Assembly (NCBI GenBank): GCA_013265495.1
Contig: MU057711.1
Coordinates: forward strand, 1,922,001 to 1,986,000
Reading direction: 5' to 3'
DNA: 64,000 nucleotides
From: Vicugna vicugna
Taxonomy: Eukaryota
Under the pieces are notes generated by a model. That model did not search any database. It was given only the letters and a program-made list of their open reading frames with translations, and was not told where the DNA came from. Shown here one piece after another: positions 35,661 to 47,198 of this stretch (position 1 is the first letter of the stretch; each line of letters opens with the position of its first letter). Position numbers and translations under genes: made by a program.

Positions 35661-36884
35661 ATCCATCTTCACAGCTCAGAAGCCAACAGCGTTGCTATAT
35701 GTGTTCACATGCTCCCTGTCTCCTCACTCTAGAAGGTGAGTCCGGAGGGCACAAAACCACTGCATTCTTGTGTCCTAGATGGGCATGGACAGGCACCTGA
35801 TCATTACATGGCGAACGAACTGGAGGTGAAGCCAGGATTGAAACAAAGGTCTGTTTGCTTCAAACCCATGCTCTAACTTTGGTCTTTTCAATCTTGAGAG
35901 GTGGTAAACCTCACCCTAAATTTAACCTTCAACTTACCCTTAACCCTACTACTAAAACTAAGCTTACACACAATCCCAGATGAATTCACCAATAACCAAT
36001 CCAATGCTCCCAGCCCCGCCTTGTCCTCAGTTCTGTGGGGCGAGCACTCTGGCCACAAAGGCTAGGGAGTTAGAAACACGGCCTCCCGTGCAGATGGTGG
36101 AGCACATGGGGTCTGCGGCGGGGAGAGGTCAGCGGGTACGGGGTCAGGTTTCCCCTCCGGGAAGCCTGGGCAGACGTGAGCGGGGCAGGCCTCGGCCAAG
36201 TAGGCCCGGGGCAGGGGGTGGCGGGGCAGCTCCTCTGGCCGGAGAGGGCCAGCCCTGCGGGTGGGGAGGAGATGCCCTGCCCCTCTTCCTGCCCACTGCG
36301 GCTGGCCAGGAGCCCCGCAGCCAGCACAGGAAATAACAGGGGCCCCCAGAGGCCGCTCATACAGGCCCTGCTCCGAGGCCGCCCAGGGAGGGAAGGAGGC
36401 CATTGTCGGCCTTTGTTTCAGTTTCCCCAGTGTTGCCCGGGCTCCAAGAGGCCCCTGGGAGCTAACAAAGCCTCCCCTCAACCCACAGCTGTCCAGCCTC
36501 CCCAAGCCCGACCCTAGGGACAAGCCCACCAGGCCCTGGGCTCTTAAAGCGGCAGGTGCAGAGTAGAAATGAAGTCATGTCCAAGTCGGGGGTGGGGCGC
36601 ACGCGGGCCAGAGCGGGCTGGGCAGGCGCATGGACAGATGGGCGCTTGGGTCTGTGTCTGCACCCGGGTCTGCCCAGGGCCAGGTCCAACAGCAGGGGTG
36701 CGGATCTTAGGAGGGAAAGAATGGTTGCGACTCTGAGCGTACAACAAAGAAACCAAAGAAAGGAAGCCCAGAGAAAGGAGGGCAACCCGGACAACCTGGG
36801 CATCCACCTGGGCGGGGAGGACTGTCCTCATCCTTGAAAAGACACATCCCAGAAGCAGCTCCTCCTGCCCACTTGCAAGCCTAG

Positions 36885-37182
36885 GGGTGTGGATGGGTGT
36901 GTGGTGCGCGTGTGTGCACGTCTGTGTATGTGCTCATGTTTGTAAGCGTGTGCCTGCGTGCCCTGCAGGCACGTGTGAGCAGACACATAGGCATTGTGTC
37001 TGTGTGCATGTGTGTGCGTGTGTGGGGGCTGCAGGAACACAGGTGAACGTCTGTATATGTGCACTGTGTGAGGGTGTGTACGTGTACCTTGTGTGTGGGG
37101 GTGCAACATGTGTGCGTGTGGATGTGTATGCATGCGTGCTTATGTTCGTGAGCATGTGTGTGTGTGCACGAGCATGCACACA
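36885..37182. repeat. Degenerate (TG)n low-complexity tract
   Basis: About 300 nt of gtgt/gcat/gcac alternating purine-pyrimidine sequence. Confidence 0.9.
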
Positions 37183-37389
37183 CAATGACTTGTCACTGTT
37201 GAAGCATACTCTCGGGCTTGTCAGCATCAGCAGTCACTCATTTCCCCGCCAGCCCCGGCGGCCTGTCACTAGTGGTGTGTGACTGCCATGACCTCTGTAG
37301 GGCTCTTACCACATCCTCAAGGGGGTCACCCCACAGAGACAAGGTACATCAACACTGAGTCTCAGTCACTGTGAATTAGCAACTACAGA

Positions 37390-37560
37390 GTGGGCCCTAG
37401 ACTCAGACCAAACCAACCCAGGTTCAAACCTCTGGCCTGGACTAGCTGTGAAAGCCTGCACCTGTCTCTCAACCTCCCTGAGCCTCAACTGCTCATCTGT
37501 GAAATGGGGATGATGCCACTTCTCACCACCTGCGGTTCAGAAGAATAAATGAGAGATGCA
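37390..37560 (-). mobile_element. MIR SINE
   Basis: ccaggttcaaacc...actagctgtg...aacctccctgagcctc...catctgtgaaatggggatgat. Confidence 0.8.
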
Positions 37561-38261
37561 TGTCAGGTACACTGCCCCCCGCCTGGCTCCAGTGAAAGCT
37601 CACTGGATGGTTGGTTCTTTTCACTGTTATTGTTATTACAGTTGCTTATAATTAAAGTTCCTGAAGATACAACAGTGAGCAAAGCAGGCACTCCCCTGCC
37701 TCTACAAGCCTGAAGGGTTTGCAGAGCGTTTAGCCCTGGGAAGCAGAATAGCAGGAGCAAAAATGTCTCCTCTTTACTGGATTCGATATCAGTCTGAGGT
37801 GTTAACTACTACCAAGTATGGCCAGCAACCATCAGTTAAAGCAATCAACCACAACAGAGGTAAAAAAAGAATTATCAATGTGGGCAAAATAATGGGTTTT
37901 TGAACCAGACCGGCATCAGCCTAATATACACGCGCTGAGAGAGAGAGAACATGAGCGTGTACCCACACCTGCCTACACCCTCAAGGATTCTAAGGGAGTG
38001 TCAGCTAAGATGACAACAGCCCTGTGGGCTGCCCACAGCCTACAGCAGGACAGTGGCTGACACACTGCTGACAATACCCAACCCAGGAGCTGGCCCTCAG
38101 ATTGCCCGCCCAGGAAGCCAGGACCAGCCAGGTGGCACGATCGAGGCTGACCTTGGCCATTTCCTACTGGGCGCTGACCCATGGCTACACAGTGGGTGCG
38201 TCGAGCCCCACCCAAGCGAAGGAGCTTGATCATATGACAGCCTAAGGGCTTCCGTCATTCA

Positions 38262-38580
38262 GCACAGCCCCTGCCCACCCACCCCTGCCAGCCCCCAACC
38301 CCAGCCCAGCCTTCTCCACTTGGGAAACAAGCCTCGCCCCACCAGCCAGGGTTAGCATGAATGAGAATGGTCTTGAGAACTCAGTCCCACCCCGACCCTG
38401 CACAGAGGTGAAGGCACTGCAGTTTTGCACAGCCCCTGCCCACCCACCCCTGCCAGCCCCCAACCCCAGCCCAGCCTTCTCCACTTGGGAAACAAGCCTC
38501 GCCCCACCAGCCAGGGTTAGCATGAATGAGAATGGTCTTGAGAACTCAGTCCCACCCCGACCCTGCACAGAGGTGAAGGC
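38262..38580 (+). repeat. Perfect 154-bp tandem duplication with 11-nt spacer
   Basis: 38262-38415 is identical to 38427-38580; spacer actgcagtttt at 38416-38426. Confidence 0.97.
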
Positions 38581-38739
38581 TAGAGCGCCCTGTCCACTCT
38601 GGCAATGCCTAGATAAAGCCAGTTGAGACAAAGGGAAGAACAAAGGGAGGGGCCCGTCCTTGTCTGTCGCCGGCACAGATCCAGACTCAGAGCTAAGCTC
38701 CAAGCCAAGCTTCCCTCAATCAATAGCAAGAATAAAAGT

Positions 38740-38945
38740 GCAGGGTACCAGGTGCCAACATAGGGGGCTAACGCTAACCCACGTGGATTTCCTCCTACCA
38801 TCCTCACAATGGCCCTAGGAAGCCGACTAATTATCCCCATTTCAGATGAGGACATGGAAAGCACAGAGAGGTTAAGTGACTTACTCAAGGTCACACAGCT
38901 CACAAGCATCTTGACCTCAAATCCAATTCCTGCTCTTAACAAAGT
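38740..38945 (+). mobile_element. MIR SINE
   Basis: attatccccatttcagatgaggacatggaaagcacagagaggttaagtgacttactcaaggtcacacagct. Confidence 0.85.
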
Positions 38946-39364
38946 GAACAAAAATCTGGCCCTGAACTGCCAAGGGCAAATACAGATGAAGAGGCAGAAG
39001 TGAAGTTCTCCACCTTGGTAAATATTTGCTAGGTATCTGCCAGTTACCAAGCCAGAGCTGGGCCCTTGGAGCCCAGCGAATCATACACAATCACTGGCTG
39101 AAGGAGCGAGCAGAGTTGCGAGGGAACTGGGAGTGAATGGAAGGAACCTCATAACCAAGCAGAGGGCATGAGGGCCAGGATTAGGGCGGCCCCTGAGGCT
39201 TAGGGACAGGCACAATTATTAGGGCCCGGCTATCACAGTATACTGCCTGGAGGAGGTGTCATTTAGGTTGTGCTGTGAAGGATGAGCTCCACAGGCAGAG
39301 AGCCCAGTCAGAGCAAAGGTCAAGAGGAGCCGGCAAGACGGTTTAACTCATCAAACCCACTAAG

Positions 39365-39525
39365 TCCTCACTACTCAGGGTAGTGTGTGGGCCAGCAGCT
39401 TCCACACCACTCTGGAGCTGGGGAGAAATGCAGACTCACAGGCCTCACCCAGAACTGCGCAGTTAGAATCTGAATTTTAACAAGATCACCAGACTTGCCT
39501 GCACATTCAAGTTTGAGCTGAGCCA
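39365..39525. mobile_element. MER5-type DNA transposon relic
   Basis: ctactcagggtagtgtgtgggccagcagc...gaaatgcagactc...tagaatctgaattttaacaagatc...gcacattcaagtttgag. Confidence 0.7.
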
Positions 39526-40039
39526 GTATAAACCACACCTGGGCAACACAGAGAGACCTCCCCCCAAAGTCAAAGGGAACAAAGTCATCATCACGCCCAC
39601 AGGTTCACACCCATATGCACACTTGACGTGGCCCTGGTTTATCGCCAGGCTTCAAGTCCCCCCCAAAACTGCTGATTCCTACTGTCCACCAGTGGGTTCC
39701 AGATCCTCTGGAAGCCTAATTACCATCCTCATTACTGATGCCCCCAGAAAAGCCCAACAGCACCAGGATAGGAGAAAGGGGACACCGGGCTTGCTGGAGT
39801 GGACAGCTCCGAATCAGCGAGGCTGGGAGCAGGCGACCTCACTGCAACAAGCAAGGGTACCACGGCAGAGTGGCTGCCGTGCACCAGCCTGCGGGTACAG
39901 GACAAATGACAGAGTCCCTGCCTGAGGAAGCTCCAAGTCCACCCAGAGAGGCGAAATCAACAAGACAAGCCCCGCTCCATGGCTTCACTGGAGTGAAACC
40001 ATCAGCCAGGCTGCGGGGAAGGAAAAACAGAGTCAGAAG

Positions 40040-40375
40040 AGAGACACCACACACACACGCACGCACACACGTACCCTGGGCACCAGCACACACGTGCACA
40101 CGCACATGTGCACAGCAGACACAGCACAGAGGAAGCGATGTACAGTGTAGCCCAGCAGGGGCCCCTGGCTGGTCCAGAGCCAGAGGAAAGGGTGGGCAGG
40201 AAACACCACATCCCCCTTGGAGAACAGGTCCAAGTCAGCCCCAGGAGCCCAGGATGCCGCACAGAGGGGTACAGAAGCCTGGGGGCTGCCATGGGTTTGA
40301 GTCAGGGCTGCATCACCTGGGCACACTCACACACACACACACACACGCATGAGTGCACGCCTCCATGTGCACACA
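40040..40375. repeat. CA-rich simple repeats (two blocks, about 40045-40130 and 40322-40375)
   Basis: Directly visible (CA)n and cacg/cgca variants. Confidence 0.8.
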
Positions 40376-42149
40376 GGGCACAGATGCCCTACCTTGTGGA
40401 CTGCTCACCATGGTAACAGAGTGGCCACCTCTCAGCTCCAGTCACCACCTGAAGGTTTCTGAGGCCTCCTGTGCTGGGGAAGCAGCTCTAACAAAGGCGC
40501 AGCCCCGGCCAGCCTGGCCAGGGGGTCCACAGAGCAGACCAGCCGGCGCATGCCTGCCGCGCTCCCCCGGTGAGCTCGGGGCCACCGCATCTTCCTACCC
40601 AGCCTGCCTGGCTCCACTTAGCTCAACTCCCCAGACGCCCCAACCGAGCTAATGAGAAACTCCCCAGCTGGCCCCATATAAAAACGCATTTCATAAGTCT
40701 TTAAAATGCTAGGAAATTCTCCATCTCTTTAGGACTTTTCTGTTCCTTTAAAACGTCCCCTGATCCTTGTCGAGGAAATGACTGGGTTGGGGGCTCAGGC
40801 ACAGGAGGTGGACAGCACCAGCCGAGCCAGCAGGGGACCAAGGGGCACCTGGCAGCTTCCGTTGTCGGCCCCAGGGTTAATGGGGAGAGGGGTTGGGATA
40901 CTGTCACTGATAAGCCAGGGTAGGATGGTCACTAGAGAAAGAACTCAGGGTGAGGGGGCCGGGGGAAAGGTAGGGAGAAAGGAGAGGGAGTCAGCCTTGA
41001 TTTGACGATTGAAAGAAAAGTTGAAAGTTCCCGGGAGCCCCTAAGAAAAACTCCAAAGGGAAAAAAGACCACCTACACAAAGATGTTGGTCATAGCCTTG
41101 TTTATAAGAGCCCCAAACTGAACATAGTCCAAGTGTCCAGCAGGGGAGGGGCAGCTCAGAAAATGAATGCCCATCCGCCCAGTGACCCCGGGGTAGCTGC
41201 CAGGAAGGAAGGGTATGTGGGTCCAGGGGTTCCAAGAAGCTCAGGGCTCCTGGGGGCTAGACAGAGCCCACCAGTGCCCTCACCCTGCACTTCATCTAGA
41301 GAGGAAGCTTTCCTACACGGATGGAGCTGGAAAAGGGGCCAAGAGAAATGTAAACAGCAAGTGTGCAGAAGCGCAAGGTTGTGGGTGGAGTTTCTGTGAA
41401 GTAGTTGAAATAATAAATACGTGCTCTAGGAAAACACAAGCGGGGTGGGGAGGCAGCTCAGAAAAGGGTCAGAAGTGCAGGCTGGGCTGCACGGAGGGGC
41501 CTCGACTCCCTGCAGCAAAAGGTCCAGTCTTCCAGACATTTCCATCCACTTCAGGGGTCGAAATGTGGAGGTGAAGGGCTGCCGGGGGAGAGTAGGTGGC
41601 CCCTTTGTCAGGGGTGGGGACACTGACCACTCCCCCTAACCCATGGCTTACTCAGAGCCCTACTAAAAGAAAATGAAGGGCTTCCAGCATCCTGCCCCAA
41701 AGGCCCCCACCCAGGCACCCGACACCCAGATGCCACTGTGATCTCCCCTCTCTGAGCAGGTCTCAGCTCCCGCAGCCCTAACACATCCTCCCCCTGCAAA
41801 CTGCACGCAGGCCCCACACCCGGGGACGGTCATGAGGGGCCCAGGGGGAGGCTGGCTGGAGTCAGGCGGCGGGGAGTCTCTACAGAGAGCCTGACCCACA
41901 GTGTCTTCCAGGCCTGGCCTTTGAAGATGGGAAATGTGCACAAGGCCTTCAAAACATGTACTTCTTCTCCTTCCGGGCAGCAAACCAGAAGGCCTGCCCC
42001 TAGTTGGACTCTTCCACCCAACCCAGGAAGGACCTGGCACTGAGCTGACCACCCCGTTCCCCGAGCCTCTGGACCCCCTCTAAAATGTAGAGCCTGGACC
42101 CACATTCTCACATGCAGATCTGCCATTTACAGTTTAGGTGCTACTTTTA

Positions 42150-42262
42150 TGCCTCAGCTGCCTGGGTTCAAAGCCCAGCTCTGCCACTTCCCGTCTGTGT
42201 GACCTTGAAGCAAGTCACTAGCATCTCTGTGCCTCAGTGTCTGTACGTGAAAAGCACTGAGA
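42150..42262 (-). mobile_element. MIR SINE
   Basis: gcctgggttcaaagcccagctctgccactt...tgtgtgaccttgaagcaagtcact...ctctgtgcctcagt. Confidence 0.85.
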
Positions 42263-43088
42263 AGGAGGACTGGATCCTAGAAGTGGCTCGTAAATGGGAA
42301 GGATGGTTCCATTAACCAGGACCACGAGACCCATCACACAGTGGGAAGACCTGAAACTCTGATCACACCAGTAAGGGCTCAGACGGCTGCGCCATTGCAA
42401 ACAACTGATTATACTGAGTGTTTCTCTCCAACCACAAGCGTGTGTGTCACCACACCAGAAACCAACCTGGCTAACCTGCCCAGGCATTGAAAATGAGTAT
42501 CTGTCAACAAACTGACTGTCTCCCATCTCCAGCCCACCCTGAGACCCTCCTCCCACTGCACCCCCAGCTTGGTCCAGAGCAGCCATGTTGGAAGGAAGCC
42601 CAACCTGCCATGAAACCTGGCCCAGGGAGGTGGGAGGTCCCAGTGAGACTGGGACTATTGAGACAGTTACACAAAGATGAGCCCCTTCAGCTCCCAGCTC
42701 AAACTCAGTGATCAGGGGAAGGGAGGCAAAGCTCCGTTTGGTTTGACTGGTTCCCTGAAACCCCGCATGGTAGGCTTACGATCATCCTGCCTGCCACTCG
42801 GATCTCATTCCAAAAGGCTTGAGGGAAGACAGAGGAAGCTCCAAAGGGAAGACAGGCCTCCTCCCCAAGCTGGGCCAGGCAGGTAGAGGGTTGGGGGGAC
42901 AAAGAGGCCTGGAAAGTCAGGCCTAAGCAGTGGCCCCTTGGTAAAGACACACTTGGTAGCCTTCTGCTGGTGGCCAGGCTGAAACCAGCTGGCAGAGGGA
43001 CTTTCTTTGGCCTGAACAGTGTTTTTCAAATGCGTGAATTGTCAAAAATGAGATACCACTTTACATCTAGGAAGGCTAGAATCCACCA

Positions 43089-43119
<31 letters not shown>

Positions 43120-43207
43120 GGAAAAAATACAAGTATGAGTGAGATGTGGAGAAACTGAAACCCTCATACTACGTCTTAATAAAGCTGCTTTAAAAAGATA
43201 TGAGCTG

Positions 43208-43329
43208 ACAGAAGGGACAGCTCAGTGGTAGAGTGCATGCCTAGCATGCATGAGGTCCTGGGTTCAATCCCCAGTACCTCCATTAAATAAATAGATAAAT
43301 AAACTTAATTACCAGCCCCTCCAAAAAAA
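43208..43329 (+). mobile_element. tRNA-derived SINE, camelid Vic-1-like
   Basis: agctcagtggtagagtgcatgcctagcatgcatgaggtcctgggttcaatccccagtacctcc plus (TAAA)n tail; imperfect TSD aaaaagat(at)gagctg at 43192-43207 and 43325-43338. Confidence 0.9.
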
Positions 43330-46300
43330 GATGAGCTGCTAATTTTTTAATCTGATGATTTCATATGAAAATCCAGCTTTCTGGCTTCTCTTTGAAAAAC
43401 TCAGATGATGGGGGGAATCTGGGCCCAGGTGCCCTGGCACACCAGCTGCTCCAATAGCAGCCCCTCCCCAGCCGGCCTGCTCACCTGTGCCACCAGCCCG
43501 CCTCGAGTGGGCCTTTGAGTGTGAGACCCCTGCAGGGCTTTCACAAGGACTCTCACATATATAAGGAGTTCGAGCTTGTGGCCTGGCGAGGTAGGGAGAA
43601 GAGCTTGGGAGTGATCTGTGAGCCCCCCTGAAATCATACACAAAACACTCAGTGTGTTTAGGAAGAGAATCCACACGCTTCTTTCCATTGGATGTGCAAA
43701 GGCATCAGTGATTCAAAACAGGTTAAGAATTTCTCCCTCCCCTGGGCTCCGCTATCAGCAGCCCTGTGCTTGCCAGCAGAGAGGTGAGAGTGGGCCAGCG
43801 CGCCCTCCTACCATGGCCCCCTGGCTGGACAGGAGAATACTGCTGTGAGCCGATCACTGCTCCCCTCCCTGCCAGGCCAGGCCGGGATCTCCATCACTGT
43901 CAGGGCCTCAATTCAAAGGCACAGACAGAGCAGGCTAGGTTGTTCCTGGGAGCGGTGGTCACAGGGTCCCCACGGGCACAGGAGGCCACTGTGCATGCCG
44001 CTTCTTTATTGGAGTTCTCCATCATGTGCCCAGAGCCAGGAAAAGCGGACGAGGGGAAGCTCACACCCCAGGCAGGCTGGGCCCCGACGAAGCAAGCTGC
44101 CCTGTGCTCACAGCTCTGCAGTGCTGGGAAGGTGCTCTCCGCTCACCCTCTTCACCTCACCCTGCACTGCTCTGGTCTGCTGAGCCCAGAGATCCTCCGT
44201 GGCCACCTTGGGCCCTGTTCTGCTGGGGACCTTCCCAAAGCCCCCACAACACCTTCAGGGCTCTGCACAGCTGTCCACCTCCCAGTGCCAGGCAGTGCAG
44301 CGGTTAAATCCCATGCTCTGGCTGCAGGAGGACCCGGGTTCAAGTCCCTGCTCCTCAGCATCCTGGCTGGGGACCATGGATCCGCTACTGCGCGGCTCCA
44401 AGCCTCCTTCCCTCATCCACCAAATGAGGATGGTAATTCTCAGTAACAGTGCCAAGAGTGGCTTGGGGAGGCTTTGCTCCCCCATAATCTTCCTTGGCAC
44501 CTGCCCCCATTCTCTGATGCAGCCAAGTGACATTTTCTCAGCTTAATGAAAAGCGTTATACCAAAGCAGCGTCAACCAGGCCTTTGGCCCTGTCCTCTAC
44601 CAGATGGCGGCCCCCAGTCCAGCCCACAGAGAAATTCTGGAGTTGCTGCTGGAAACAGCACCCACCTCATAGGGTGGTCATGATGGCTCAATGAGATACT
44701 GGAGGTAAAGGTTTGCTCCGTGCCTGGCACATACTTAGTAAGTGCTCACTAAACGTCCACGCGCCATGTCCAGGGCTGCCTCCCAAACCGACTTCATCCT
44801 CCCACCCAGGATTTGAGCTATTTTGCAAACCCCGTGCTCAGGGAATACAAACTGACTTTAATAGCCCAAGACCAACAAAACTGGGAAGGAAAATTTATCA
44901 CATGCGTGCACTGTAAAAAAAATCATCAGCGATGGACCAAAGCAAACAAAACAATCCATTGCCTGGCTGTGGATTATCCAATGCCCGGGAGGCTCTGCCC
45001 TCCCTTCCCTGTCTCCGACAGACAATCCGAGGCTGACTGGCACTGTGGAGTCCCTAGGGCCCAGAGGGACTCATGAGGAGTCGTGCACCTCTTTCTGCAC
45101 ACACGTGTGGGGCGTGCTGGGCTCTTGGCTGGAAACTGGCAAATCCCACAAACTTCGTCACTCCTGAGTGCCCCCGAGAGGCTCTAGGGCTGGCCATTCT
45201 ACTGCCACATCAGAGCACCGCAGCCCGCAGGCCCCCTTGGCATCACCCCTGCCATCTGCAGACCGGCCTTAGAGATGCAGCCTGGGTGCCTGATGCCCCC
45301 CACACAGGGCTCTCTGTCCACCATCTATCGCAACACTGCCAATGCCTCCTTGCACCCTGCTGCTGTCCCAGCCTGTCGTCATTGCCTCTGGCACCACTAG
45401 GAAAGCAGCTGGGAGGGAGGACCTTATACGGACATGACCAGGCTGGGCGCTTTCCCAGTGTGGGGGTTCAGAGCACAGTGGGGATCCTCTTCAGAGCTGG
45501 CGGCAAGCCTGAGCACACATACACCCACATCTGCTGGGGCGCCTGGATGAGGTGTAGAGCTTTATAACCTCACTGTGTTTCCTCTAACCATGGGGAGCGC
45601 ATCTCTCCCACACAGAAGGGGACAGGACAGGGGCCACACAGCCCCTTCCCCTCTCATACTCAGTGTGGACCCCAAGGTCTGTCCTAACTCTGAACTCTCC
45701 CCCAAAGGATTTGAGCATCTCCCCATCCTGGCTTCACACAAAGCCCCTGCCATGGAGGGAGCCCCTGTCACCAAGGGCCAGGCACTTGCAGACACAAGAG
45801 CACCTAAGCCTGGGTCAGCCAGGACCCAACCAGGACCCTCCAGACTCTCCAAGAAGCACAGATCCTGCTGCAAAGAGCACTGGACCGGGAGTCCAGGAAC
45901 CTGGGTTCGAGTGCTGGCTCCCCATCCCCCACTTCCACCCAATCTGTACCAGCATTTCCCAAATTTCAGTTATCTGTGAACTATTCTTTACGATTTTTGC
46001 CGAATCCAACCATTATGACTTCAAACTTTGTCAACTCAATTTTCTCACTTAAATAACGTCCACATCATCTTAAATCACATGAGCCATAAAATCAAAAATT
46101 CAACGTGTTAAGTGTTTATATGCCGGATGCCTACCACCACGTTTTTGGAACTACTGACGCAGAGCATATCTCCCTCCTGGCCTCAGTTTCCACATCTGAG
46201 AGAGATGGAGTTGGACTGAATGACTCCCTCGGAGGTCTTCTCAGGCCCAAGAGTCCACAAGCCTGGACTGGCTCCAGCTCACCCACGGAGCCAGAGCCAG

Positions 46301-46709
46301 CTGGTCAGGATCCTGGGACAGGGGACAAGGCAGGAGAGCCTGGCGCCTACCAGATAGGAAGCCGGGGCCAGCGACCAAGAGAGGTGCTGGCTGGATGACC
46401 AGCAAACAGGAGAGTCAGGACCTCCTCTCAGGAGCTCCTAAGGACCCCAAGCCAGATCCAACCCCAAGCTTCACGGGCAGCTCCAAGTGACCGAGCCTTA
46501 CAGTGAGAGAGACCTCATTCATCCACCTCATCTTATAGCTGGGGAAACTGAGGCACAGAGAAGGAAATTATGTGAGGGCAGAACTGAGCCAAAAACCCAA
46601 GCCCTCTGTCAAGTTGCCCCATCACCCCTGATGGCCACAAACCCCACAAGTCTGACTTCCCCCTATTTCCTCCCCCTGGAGGCATGGGCTCTCGGGTCTG
46701 CTGGCCCAA

Positions 46710-47100
46710 CAGTGTAATGCAGCCCCTTCCAGGAAGGGAAATAAAGGAATTCTGATTTCTACTACAGTTTAAGCATTCCATTACAGTGGCTTTTATGCAA
46801 TTAGACTGGAATGAACGTGCAACGACGCCCATGGCAGAGAGCTTTAAAGCCCACATAGTTGGGGAGGGTCGGGGGGGTGGCCCATCTGAATGTACCCATG
46901 AGACGGAAACATGGCCCCCAGGGGATTAAGGGCATATTAGTCTCCGTATGTAATAGATTTTATTGACCATATGGAACTGATGGAAAAATCATGTTGCACA
47001 GGGTAGTCTGGACTGGAGACAGGAATGTGACAGGGAGAATTTGATTTCCATAACCAGCTGGGTGGCTTTCTGAGTTCCTGAGCCAGCCCCCTGGGGACCC
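46710..47100. promoter_or_regulatory. Putative regulatory element just inside the intron after the 60-nt exon
   Basis: Repeat-free AT-rich block with STAT-, TEAD-, POU/HOX- and EBF-like motifs. Confidence 0.45.
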
Positions 47101-47138
47101 CCACCAATTCTCCCACCAGCTCCCAGGCATTTATTTAC

Positions 47139-47198
47139 CTGATGCTGTCACGGAGGAATCCCAGGCCAGCGAGAAGTCCGAGGCCTCCCCCTCTTCAA
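47139..47198 (-). CDS. ZNF423: ZNF423 60-nt coding exon (exon 2), phase 1-1
   Basis: Minus strand: ctcttttctctctttcag|TT GAA GAG GGG GAG GCC TCG GAC TTC TCG CTG GCC TGG GAT TCC TCC GTG ACA GCA TCA G|gtaaat = (V)EEGEASDFSLAWDSSVTAS(G). Strong polypyrimidine tract, canonical AG and GT, and it joins in frame to the exon at 98-1. Confidence 0.97.

Larger units (their letters stand above)
99..47138 (-). other. ZNF423: ZNF423 intron (47,040 nt, GT-AG, phase 1)
   Basis: Bounded by the GT at 47138-47137 and the AG at 100-99 of the two recognised exons. Confidence 0.93.

Noticed and set aside
36828..37282. His/Thr- or Cys/Val-rich ORFs
   Set aside because: Translation of the degenerate (TG)n tract.
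38262..38580. CRISPR-like or LTR-pair reading of the direct repeats
   Set aside because: Eukaryotic intron, only two copies, no repeat-spacer array, no TG...CA termini or internal retroviral sequence. The same holds for the 26.4/28.3 kb and 48.8/49.7 kb pairs.
43208..43285. tRNA gene (A and B boxes), also at 6945 and 16081
   Set aside because: A-rich tails, TSDs and no intact acceptor stem show these are SINEs.
44597..44610. CTCF-like motif CTACCAGATGGCGG
   Set aside because: Two mismatches to the core and isolated; cannot be separated from chance without ChIP data.
99..47138. Canonical estrogen response element (GGTCAnnnTGACC), looked for because human ZNF423 intron 2 is reported to be estrogen-regulated
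   Set aside because: I noticed only half-sites by eye; a motif scan would be needed to be sure.
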